Shown here: piece by piece, positions 26,700 to 34,663 of the stretch | Layout: each line of letters starts with the position of its first letter | Position numbering within the stretch: the stretch's first letter is position 1 | Virus record (IMG/VR): IMGVR_UViG_3300008448_000264 | Location: 1-37,571 of that record | Strand: one strand, 5' to 3' | Source of the DNA: a virus | Lineage: Duplodnaviria > Caudoviricetes | DNA length: 37,571 nt | Notes under the pieces: model-generated | Seen by the model: the letters and a program-made list of their open reading frames with translations, nothing else | Databases searched by the model: none | Told to the model about the DNA's origin: nothing | Position numbers and translations under genes: made by a program

Positions 26700-27384
26700 C
26701 TTTAAAAATTTCACAAACTTGTTTATCTGTTTTAATATAACTAGGATTAAACTTTTCTTTATCAATATCAAACACAGCAGTAATTCTCCAATCTTTTGTG
26801 TTGTTTATTATTGCATGATTATAATTTAAACCATCAAAACAAACAAATTCATTCTCAAGTGGATATGCCCATGTGTCAGTTCCAGTCTTAGCATTTCTTA
26901 TACGTGTTCCTACTGTTTGTTCTTTAGATTTTTTCATACCTGATTTCAAAGTGGCAATTAATGAGTATCCTTCGCATTTACATTCCCAATCTTGTGACAT
27001 TTTAGCCCAGTTATCAACATCAGTATGTAATGTAATTTTACCATATGGAGCAACAAAATTGATAATTATTTGTCTTAAACCTTTTAATTTTTTACCATGT
27101 TCTGAAAATTTAGGAAAATCTTTTTCATTCCATACTTTTTCAAAAAATACAGGTATGGATTTCCAATCATTACGATGTTCATATTCTTCGTGTGTTGTCC
27201 AAGTTTCTACAAAATTAGTAGTAGTAGATAAGAATTTATTTACTGGTTCATCATCAGCATATACACCTATTGAATCTTTTTCTGGTGTGTGTGTTTTAAG
27301 CCAATCATTCATATCATCTACTAATGATTGATAATGATCTAATAAAAAAGCATAATCAATATATGAATTAGGTGCTATGAACAT
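26689..27384 (-). CDS. AspH/LpxO-like 2OG-Fe(II) hydroxylase, paralogue 2
   Basis: LHTDV..FDGLNYNHAIIN..WRITAVFD. Confidence 0.78.
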   Translation of the reverse strand: MFIAPNSYIDYAFLLDHYQSLVDDMNDWLKTHTPEKDSIGVYADDEPVNKFLSTTTNFVETWTTHEEYEHRNDWKSIPVFFEKVWNEKDFPKFSEHGKKLKGLRQIIINFVAPYGKITLHTDVDNWAKMSQDWECKCEGYSLIATLKSGMKKSKEQTVGTRIRNAKTGTDTWAYPLENEFVCFDGLNYNHAIINNTKDWRITAVFDIDKEKFNPSYIKTDKQVCEIFKDVD

Positions 27385-28366
27385 AATAATCTCTATATTT
27401 GTTAAAATATATATCTATTTTTGCTATATTAGCATTTAAAAATGTTGTTGTTGAAGCTTCATCTAAATGGTCTGCGTATATTTTACGTCCAGAATATTCT
27501 GTCAACCAAAGTATTTTTTCTTTTAAAAATTCTATTTTTTCAGATAAACCATGATTTAAATAATATTCTACTTCATCTTTACTAAAAGATTCTTGCAATT
27601 TAAGTATTACATTTTGTTCTATATAAATTTGATCTTTTGGTTTTTGTACTTCTATAATTTCTTCATTAACATCTTCTAATACTTGAGTAAAGTATTGTCT
27701 ATCAATGTCTATAACTGCTGTAATTCTCCATTGATTAGTATTATTCCACATTTGATGTTCGTTCCATCTTCCATCAAAACAAACTAGTTCTCCTGCTAAT
27801 GGATACTTATAAACACCATTTACTTTCATTCCAACAGTTTTTGATTTTCTATCATTCATACCTGTAAAGAGTGTAGCAATAATGCTCGCACCCTCTAATG
27901 AATAGAGTGGCAAATCCCAATCTTCTTCTATCTTTTCCCAAGTAGAAGTATCTAAATGTGGTGTTATAATTCCATTTGGTTTTATAAAATTAATAAAGAT
28001 TTGTTTAATACCTTTACATTCAGACATTAATTGCCAAGATTTTCTAAACACGTCTTTATTCCATTTGCGTTCATAAAGAAAATCAATTGATCGCCAATCA
28101 TTATAATGTTTTCTTTCATTTTCATCTGTAAGAATTTCTTTATATGCAATCGCACGATTTTTATGTGCCTTTAACTCTTCTTTTTGAGATAATATTTTTT
28201 CTTCTACTTCTTCTGGTGGAGCATAAGCACATTCAGTGCTTGTTTCTATTGGATGATAGATCATCCACTCACGTAAATCTTCTTGCACTAAAGGTACAAT
28301 TACATTTTTTAATTTATCATAATCCACGTAATATGTTGGATTTATCCAGTTATAAATTTTTCTCAT
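27368..28366 (-). CDS. AspH/LpxO-like 2OG-Fe(II) hydroxylase, paralogue 1, with ~100-aa C-terminal extension
   Basis: PHLDT..FDGRWNEHQMWN..WRITAVID. Confidence 0.78.
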   Translation of the reverse strand: MRKIYNWINPTYYVDYDKLKNVIVPLVQEDLREWMIYHPIETSTECAYAPPEEVEEKILSQKEELKAHKNRAIAYKEILTDENERKHYNDWRSIDFLYERKWNKDVFRKSWQLMSECKGIKQIFINFIKPNGIITPHLDTSTWEKIEEDWDLPLYSLEGASIIATLFTGMNDRKSKTVGMKVNGVYKYPLAGELVCFDGRWNEHQMWNNTNQWRITAVIDIDRQYFTQVLEDVNEEIIEVQKPKDQIYIEQNVILKLQESFSKDEVEYYLNHGLSEKIEFLKEKILWLTEYSGRKIYADHLDEASTTTFLNANIAKIDIYFNKYRDYYVHST

Positions 28367-29445
28367 ACAATGTTTCTTCTTTCTCCATCTCTTTTAATAT
28401 CAAGTGATAAACAATGAACACCACCATCCCAAAAACCACCTTGTCTTAAATTAACAGGATGTAATGTTATACCAAATTCTTTAAAATAATTTGATAATGC
28501 TGGTTGTTCATTGGTGACAATTATATTTTTATTATCAACTACAACTACATTACTATCAAATGCTACTTCTTGTGCAAAACCTCTCCATTCATCTATCCAC
28601 TCATCAATCCATTCAATACTATATTTACCATCTGTTTGTGCTAGACGATGTTCATATTGTTTCATATCTACATCTTTAATTAAATGACCAAATTCATGTA
28701 CTTTGAACTTACTATTATTTAGGAACACATCTGGGACATAATTTTTATTAGTACAAAATACTGTATTATCATCTGTTTGAAAGAAAAATTGATCTATGTG
28801 TCCCCATCCACGATGTGGTTTATTTGCATTTTTTATAAATCTAGCATTAGGCATATTACGTTGCATCCACTCATAACCCAATTTAGTTCCTGGACCAGAA
28901 GAATTTACTATTAATGCATCACCACACTTATACATTGTAGCACAATGCCATAATATTTTATCTACTAAATCAACACCATAACGATCTCCACCATGAGTGT
29001 ACCATTGAGTATCAGGTCTGAAATCTTTTAATTGTGGGACTGGTGTTGATATCCAATTATATCCTTCTTTGTATTTCTCCATAAAAATATCATAGAACGA
29101 TAATGACTCTAACCATCTATCAGCCATACTTGTATAGGAAGAATAAATGGTATTCCCATATACTAGATAACTGTCTCTTGGAACTAATGGTGCTATTGGA
29201 TTCTTAATTTTAAATCCAGGAAGTTTTAATGGTTCTCTAAAATCCATTACTTTTGGTCTATATACTTTCACTCCTAACGAAGTGCATATATTTGAGAATT
29301 TCTCTAAATCTTCTTCTGTTTCTTTTATAATTGGGGTAAGAACTTCTAATACTTCTGGTTTTAAAAAATTTGAAAAATATTCAGGCTTTGGTATAACACC
29401 AACAATAATTTCTTTTAAAGGATCATAATCTGTCCAAACACTCAT
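28363..29445 (-). CDS. Amidinotransferase (L-arginine:glycine/inosamine amidinotransferase family, pentein fold)
   Basis: DYDPLKEIIVG, PRDSYLVYG, GHID and GGVHCLSLDI.R (catalytic His and Cys). Confidence 0.88.
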   Translation of the reverse strand: MSVWTDYDPLKEIIVGVIPKPEYFSNFLKPEVLEVLTPIIKETEEDLEKFSNICTSLGVKVYRPKVMDFREPLKLPGFKIKNPIAPLVPRDSYLVYGNTIYSSYTSMADRWLESLSFYDIFMEKYKEGYNWISTPVPQLKDFRPDTQWYTHGGDRYGVDLVDKILWHCATMYKCGDALIVNSSGPGTKLGYEWMQRNMPNARFIKNANKPHRGWGHIDQFFFQTDDNTVFCTNKNYVPDVFLNNSKFKVHEFGHLIKDVDMKQYEHRLAQTDGKYSIEWIDEWIDEWRGFAQEVAFDSNVVVVDNKNIIVTNEQPALSNYFKEFGITLHPVNLRQGGFWDGGVHCLSLDIKRDGERRNIV

Positions 29446-29447
29446 AA

Positions 29448-29933
29448 TTATTCTTCTTTATCAAAGCTATTATTCCAAGTATCTTTTAAATATTCAGGAT
29501 CCCAGAAACTATAATAGTTTGTTGTTTTTAATAGATTTCTACGTGCTTCATTTAACTCAGGCAAACTTTGAACTAACATAAAGTTAAAATAGCCATTATT
29601 TGTTTTAATTCCATTAATGTACGTATCTCTGTCTTTATGGTCTGCTATAAACATATAATTTTCATATTTGTTTATGAAATAATCGCACCATTCATCTAAT
29701 TCTGTTGGTGTAATATTTGGATTAGTTATGTTGTAAATTTTAATTTTTTTAATCTCCCATAATGCAGGAGGACGAAAAGATTTATCGATGTTTAAGTCTT
29801 CAGGTGTAGGTACACTGATTCCTTTACTAAATGGACATATAGAATGGCCATCAAGTGCTTGGCGAGGTATTTTAAGTCTCGCCAACCACTCTTGTAATGC
29901 TTCTTTTGGTGTTATATTATGCTTGTCTAACAA
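29448..29933 (-). CDS. Hypothetical protein with ICPF motif
   Basis: ORF track; lies between the SpeD-like gene and the amidinotransferase. Confidence 0.7.
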   Translation of the reverse strand: MLDKHNITPKEALQEWLARLKIPRQALDGHSICPFSKGISVPTPEDLNIDKSFRPPALWEIKKIKIYNITNPNITPTELDEWCDYFINKYENYMFIADHKDRDTYINGIKTNNGYFNFMLVQSLPELNEARRNLLKTTNYYSFWDPEYLKDTWNNSFDKEE

Positions 29934-30333
29934 GATATTGATCCTTCATTGAAATAGGATCAAAATATTCTTTTATCATAGTTTTCACCATTTCAATATC
30001 AAAAGTTTTGCATGAAAACAAATCAAAATAACAATCACCACTATTATCTAAAAAGTGTATTGTTAATGAACTTGTAGTCAATGCTTGTATTACTGTCCAT
30101 CCAGCTATTTCTGGCTTTTCAGCAAAATGAGTTATCCATGGCTCACCCCATGCATTCATATCAATGCGAACTAAAAGGTCATTTAAAAAAGTTTTCAAAA
30201 CTACTGGGTCTTGAAAGTTTTTAGTGCATCCTTTTGCATCAATAATTAAATGATATCCCCAAGATGTTTGACATTGGGGAATCTCCTTGGAATTAGTCAA
30301 TTCCGTTTTTGTAATTGTTTCTAGTTGTGCCAT
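29917..30333 (-). CDS. speD: Pyruvoyl-dependent decarboxylase proenzyme, AdoMetDC/SpeD family
   Basis: WGYHLIIDAKGC..GWT..LTTSSLTIHF..YFDLFSCK.F; SD AAGGAG. Confidence 0.85.
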   Translation of the reverse strand: MAQLETITKTELTNSKEIPQCQTSWGYHLIIDAKGCTKNFQDPVVLKTFLNDLLVRIDMNAWGEPWITHFAEKPEIAGWTVIQALTTSSLTIHFLDNSGDCYFDLFSCKTFDIEMVKTMIKEYFDPISMKDQYLVRQA

Positions 30334-30335
30334 TT

Positions 30336-30488
30336 TTACTTATTGTCTCCTTTTTTAACAAGAGCTTTTAAGTAAGTTAAAGCACCACTTAAAATTTCTT
30401 TAGATTTGTTTATTAAATTATCAGCAAATGCTGGTTTATAAGTCCAACCGATTAAAATACCGATTGATAAAAGTATTATTGTTTTCAT
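30336..30488 (-). CDS. 50-aa membrane or secreted peptide
   Basis: MKTIILLSIGILIGWTYKPAFADNLINK...; TAATG-coupled to fabF. Confidence 0.6.
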   Translation of the reverse strand: MKTIILLSIGILIGWTYKPAFADNLINKSKEILSGALTYLKALVKKGDNK

Positions 30489-31666
30489 TATTCTCTATTT
30501 ACCTCTATTACTTGCGACATACATTTTCCCCCAAATCCGAATGAGTTATTTAATGTTCGAAGTACTTTTTTGTTAGTATTTAAATTCTCACGAACTAAAA
30601 TATTTTTAGTATCGCAAGAAGCACTTTTTAAATTTTGTATATGTGGTATGATTCCTTTTTGCATTGAAAGAATCGCATATATACATTCTAACACTCCAGC
30701 AGCTGCAAGGGTGTGTCCTATTTTTGACTTCGGTGCCCAAATAGGTTTTTCTCCCAAGAAACTAACTACAGTCTCGTATTCTATTGGATCACCAATTGGT
30801 GTAGATGTTGCATGCGCACACACAAAATCTATTTCTCCAATATCTTTTGTTGCTTTAGACATACTTATACGAGCACCTCTGCCATCATTGGCTGGGCTTG
30901 TCATATCTAAAGCATCACTAGCCATACCACAAGGATATAACTTAGCGAATATCTTACTTCCGTATTTTTTTACCATCGCTTCTGATTGTAATATTAAAAC
31001 ACCACAACCATCTCCCATTAAAAATCCTGTACGAGAATCATCAAAAGGCATACTGTGATTTCCTACAGCACCTAATGTATTAAAATATTTAATTGCCATC
31101 GGAAAACAACCTGCATCAGATCCTCCGACAATTACATACTCATATTCATCAACTAATCGCATTCCATAATCAATTGTTACAAGACCAGTAGAACAACTTG
31201 CGAATGTTGCTGCACTTAATCCCATAAATTTATAATGAGATGAAATATGTGAACATCCCATGTCTGGAATACGATTTGCTGATTTTCTAGGATTTACTCT
31301 TTTATGATTTTTAGTTAGTAAATACAACTCATCTAAAAATTCAGTATCGTTTGAAACTGTTGAAAGAAGAGTCGCAACATCATAATGGTGGGGTAGGTTT
31401 GACATTTTTAATGCTGCATCAACTGAATGAAGCATCATCTTTTGTGCGTTCGTTAAAGAACGAAGCATTTTAATGTCAAAATCTTTTGGTATAATGCAAT
31501 CGTTAGGATTGAATATCGCACCACGAAAAACTTTTGCGTTCTCAGCTTTCAACTCAGGTAAATCAGAAGAATAATCATGATTATCTAACATCTTATTGAA
31601 ACAATCTTTTGGATTATTTCCAAGGCTGTCAATCATTCCATATCCAACTACATATACTGGTTTCAT
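30488..31666 (-). CDS. fabF: Beta-ketoacyl-ACP synthase (FabF/KAS II-like)
   Basis: Cys-His-His triad (ASCSTG, AHATST, KSKIGHTL); GFLMGDG; NSFGFGG. Confidence 0.93.
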   Translation of the reverse strand: MKPVYVVGYGMIDSLGNNPKDCFNKMLDNHDYSSDLPELKAENAKVFRGAIFNPNDCIIPKDFDIKMLRSLTNAQKMMLHSVDAALKMSNLPHHYDVATLLSTVSNDTEFLDELYLLTKNHKRVNPRKSANRIPDMGCSHISSHYKFMGLSAATFASCSTGLVTIDYGMRLVDEYEYVIVGGSDAGCFPMAIKYFNTLGAVGNHSMPFDDSRTGFLMGDGCGVLILQSEAMVKKYGSKIFAKLYPCGMASDALDMTSPANDGRGARISMSKATKDIGEIDFVCAHATSTPIGDPIEYETVVSFLGEKPIWAPKSKIGHTLAAAGVLECIYAILSMQKGIIPHIQNLKSASCDTKNILVRENLNTNKKVLRTLNNSFGFGGKCMSQVIEVNRE

Positions 31667-31683
31667 AATTTAAATCTTAATTC

Positions 31684-31691
31684 TATTTATA
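31684..31691 (-). promoter_or_regulatory. T4-type late promoter TATAAATA upstream of fabF
   Basis: Exact consensus 17 nt before the ATG; it overlaps the upstream stop and could arise by chance in AT-rich DNA. Confidence 0.5.
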
Positions 31692-32307
31692 AAATAAAGT
31701 TATTCATTCTTTGAACTGCAACGTTCCATTGAAGTGGTTTTGGGTAAATATTTCCGTCAACTGTAATTTTTTCATTTGATTTTAAGTCATGAAACCAAGC
31801 ACAAACTACATGTCTATAACTACTCCCATTCTGAATATTATGTGGTCTCCCAGTATTTGCTAATATAGGATTACTCTTAATGGTAGTACTTGTAATTAAT
31901 TTATCAATATTAAAGTCTGGGAATCTCATTGTAGGTCCAGAATCGTTATTTGTTTCAGTTTCGTAGTAAGTAGTATCTTTTATATCATACCAATTCATCG
32001 TATGATCGTCTGTGGGACAATAACACCAAATAATTTTAACTAAATCATCTATCCAATCATCGTTGTCAGTGTGAATATACATTCGATAATTTGGTTTAGA
32101 TGAAAATCTTTCAATACGAAGTACACCAAGATCTATAGACTTAGCCCAATCAATTAAATCTTGATTGATTAAATGTCTTTCATGATAATGGTCTGTGTAT
32201 TTTGCTGCTATATCTTGATCTGATTCTTTAGGGAATACATAATCCTTTTTAATTGGTGATATTGGCAGATTTAATTCACGCCACAACGTATGACTGTAAT
32301 TTCTCAT
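31687..32307 (-). CDS. Cupin/2OG-Fe(II) oxygenase-like protein, family B copy 3
   Basis: YIHTD..MNWY..NTGRPHNIQN..R; start at 32307 or 32313. Confidence 0.7.
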   Translation of the reverse strand: MRNYSHTLWRELNLPISPIKKDYVFPKESDQDIAAKYTDHYHERHLINQDLIDWAKSIDLGVLRIERFSSKPNYRMYIHTDNDDWIDDLVKIIWCYCPTDDHTMNWYDIKDTTYYETETNNDSGPTMRFPDFNIDKLITSTTIKSNPILANTGRPHNIQNGSSYRHVVCAWFHDLKSNEKITVDGNIYPKPLQWNVAVQRMNNFIL

Positions 32308-32869
32308 ATACATAATCCCATTCTACTGTTGAACCATTATAACGTCTCCACGTCAAACTAATCGCATATCGATTAACCTTTGTATCATTTTTCATTGAGT
32401 GTGGCACACCTATATTTACTAATGATGGAAAACCTATTTCAGAAGTATGAACTAAATCACATTCTTCAGGAGTCCAAGCATAAGCATATGGTGTTGTTTC
32501 TATTTTATAACTATTTTCACTAAAACTTTCTGGCTCTATAATATCTTTATTTGCAAATTCAGGTTTTGGATTCCACCATTGCATGTAAGAACCTTTTTCA
32601 GTACAATATTGCCAATTAATCGCACATGAATTAGTTCCTAAATCTGTTCCATCAATGTGTATTTGTAAATAAAATCCTGGAGGAGAACAAAACACATCAG
32701 CATTTTTTAGATACATTCCTTTTCCTTCAAAAAAATCTAACAATTCAGGATTTACTTCTTTTTCTGGTATGGGAAAATGTCCTTTGTCTGGCATTTTACT
32801 TAACCAGTTTTTATCTATCATTACATCATTTACTGGTAATTTTAAATTTGCGCAATAAATATTTTTCAT
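32276..32869 (-). CDS. Cupin/2OG-Fe(II) oxygenase-like protein, family B copy 2
   Basis: QIHIDG..AINW..MQWW..NIGVPHSMKN..R. Confidence 0.7.
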   Translation of the reverse strand: MKNIYCANLKLPVNDVMIDKNWLSKMPDKGHFPIPEKEVNPELLDFFEGKGMYLKNADVFCSPPGFYLQIHIDGTDLGTNSCAINWQYCTEKGSYMQWWNPKPEFANKDIIEPESFSENSYKIETTPYAYAWTPEECDLVHTSEIGFPSLVNIGVPHSMKNDTKVNRYAISLTWRRYNGSTVEWDYVYEKLQSYVVA

Positions 32870-33039
32870 ATTTTTTTAAAAATTGTACCACAATAAAAAC
32901 AAACAGCTTTTGTTTCACCATCTTTATATTCTTTTAATGTATAAAATACTCTCGGATGAGTATCATCTTCTAAATTAGGATCATAACCATCACAATAAAC
33001 TGTATTTGCTGCAGTTTCTATAATTGTTTCTTTACTCAT
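32866..33039 (-). CDS. zf-CHCC zinc-finger protein (57 aa)
   Basis: Not in the ORF track. MSKETIIETAANTVYCDGYDPNLEDDTHPRVFYTLKEYKDGETKAVCFYCGTIFKKI shows CDG..HPRV..CxYC; ATGA overlaps on both sides. Confidence 0.85.
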   Translation of the reverse strand: MSKETIIETAANTVYCDGYDPNLEDDTHPRVFYTLKEYKDGETKAVCFYCGTIFKKI

Positions 33040-33731
33040 ATAATAAACCTTTTAAATAAATTTACAGCATCCCACATTGGTACAACATCTTGTAATATTC
33101 CACTTTTAACTGCTTTATCTCTATCAAATGCTATCTTACTTAATTCTTCATTTAATATAATTTGATCATTTGTGGTGTATCCTGAACTTAATATTTTATC
33201 AAACACGCAAGATAAACATTTACGAGATGAATGAGTAGTAGCAACATTGTGTGGTTGCCCAACTTGAACTATTGAAACTTTAATATCGTGGCTTTCAATT
33301 AAATCAACTTCATCAGGATACCAATATAAATCTGCTGTGTTAATATCTCTTTCAGATTGATTTTCATACATTACTCCTTCGGTTTTTGCCTTTGTATTTG
33401 ACTTTGGTTTAAACCAATTCATTAAACTATTTCCAATTGGATTAAAAGCATAATTTAATTTAAATTCATCATGAAGATTATTTCCATCAATATGAACTGG
33501 CATTGAATGATTTGGTGGATTATAAAACAATTCTATATCTGTAATACTCAAGCCGATCATCTTAGTCCATTTTAAAAATGCATGATTATGATATTTAATC
33601 GGTACCCATAATTTAGTTTGTTTTTGGAATGTTTGTTCATCCATCCACTTCATCCCATCAGCATTTAAAGGAAGAGGACATAATTTATAGTCCAGTGCTT
33701 TATGATTAATTACTGAATCGTTAAATAACAT
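33036..33731 (-). CDS. Cupin/2OG-Fe(II) oxygenase-like protein, family B copy 1
   Basis: PVHIDG..KLNY..MNWF..QVGQPHNV..R. Confidence 0.7.
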   Translation of the reverse strand: MLFNDSVINHKALDYKLCPLPLNADGMKWMDEQTFQKQTKLWVPIKYHNHAFLKWTKMIGLSITDIELFYNPPNHSMPVHIDGNNLHDEFKLNYAFNPIGNSLMNWFKPKSNTKAKTEGVMYENQSERDINTADLYWYPDEVDLIESHDIKVSIVQVGQPHNVATTHSSRKCLSCVFDKILSSGYTTNDQIILNEELSKIAFDRDKAVKSGILQDVVPMWDAVNLFKRFII

Positions 33732-33734
33732 GGT

Positions 33735-34400
33735 TTATTCCTTTTCAGGCTTCTTATTTACTTCATATGATGGGTAAAAATACTCATCTGAGTCTCCAAA
33801 TACCCATTTTGGATTTTGTTCACAATGATAATATCTTGAACTTACTTTAAAGTCAGGAACACTTAATCCTTTAGATTTAACTGCACTTGATTCAAAGAAA
33901 AGCATACGATTATTTGGTTGAGCAAACCATTGCCCATTATCTAATTTACCAATGTTATGTGATTTATGTTCTGTAGGAACTTCTGACTCAGTGACGTTTG
34001 GAATATTTGGATCAGCATGAGCACTATCTATTGTGAATAGATATTCGCCACCCATACGTGAACCATCTCTTAATATGACTTCAACACGAGAATGTTGTAG
34101 GTATTGTTTTTCTATTAATGTAATGTGATAACTAAAACCATCCCATAGTTGTAAAAAATCTAAAGGAAGTTGTTTATTTAAGTCAATATCTGTTTTCCAA
34201 ACATAAGCACTTATAGGAAGTTTATCATAGAGTGCTCCATACTCTGGTAAATAACTCTCAATGTAGAATGCTCTGCGTGGAATAGATTTAAGAGTCACCC
34301 AAGTACATGGAACATATTCTCCGAAACCTTTTTTAAAGTCATAGAGAAACTCTTTTTTAATCCAGCATTGTATATGTGGTAAATTTACAACAAAATTCAT
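33735..34400 (-). CDS. Conserved hypothetical protein of aquatic phages and alphaproteobacteria
   Basis: YDKLPISA..LQLWD.FSY..GEYLFTID..EHKS.N..LDNGQ..AQPNNR motif family; function unknown. Confidence 0.75.
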   Translation of the reverse strand: MNFVVNLPHIQCWIKKEFLYDFKKGFGEYVPCTWVTLKSIPRRAFYIESYLPEYGALYDKLPISAYVWKTDIDLNKQLPLDFLQLWDGFSYHITLIEKQYLQHSRVEVILRDGSRMGGEYLFTIDSAHADPNIPNVTESEVPTEHKSHNIGKLDNGQWFAQPNNRMLFFESSAVKSKGLSVPDFKVSSRYYHCEQNPKWVFGDSDEYFYPSYEVNKKPEKE

Positions 34401-34421
34401 ATAATATATTTAGTTATCATT

Positions 34422-34497
34422 TGGCTCACTCGGCAAGACTCGAACTTGCAACCCCCAGTTTCGTAGACTGGTATTCTATCCATTGAACTACGAGTGA
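34422..34497 (-). tRNA. tRNA-Arg(ACG)
   Basis: TCACTCGTAGTTCAATGGATAGAATACCAGTCT-ACG-AAACTGGGGGTTGCAAGTTCGAGTCTTGCCGAGTGAG-CCA; 76 nt. Confidence 0.96.
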
Positions 34498-34507
34498 ATA
34501 AAATAGA

Positions 34508-34663
34508 TTATGGTTTTGGTATTGTTATACTTTTAAATACATCTACAACGTTTTGCATCGGTTTATTAATTTCCGTTGGAGTACTTGTACAAGAAATTAA
34601 AAAAAATGCCACAATTGTTATTGTAGCAAAAAACACAAAAGTTTTATATAACGTTTTATCCAT
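34508..34663 (-). CDS. Small lipoprotein (51 aa)
   Basis: MDKTLYKTFVFFATITIVAFFLIS-C-TSTPTE...; lipobox LISC. Confidence 0.65.
   Translation of the reverse strand: MDKTLYKTFVFFATITIVAFFLISCTSTPTEINKPMQNVVDVFKSITIPKP

Noticed and set aside
28363-29445. 7-deazaguanine/archaeosine DNA-modification locus
   Set aside because: No folE, queC/D/E or dpdA in the window, and the protein has pentein amidinotransferase motifs rather than ArcS/QueF-like ones.
13304-31058. + strand ORFs such as 20006-20317, 26873-27331 and 30570-31058
   Set aside because: Antisense to recognisable enzymes or co-oriented - strand operon genes.
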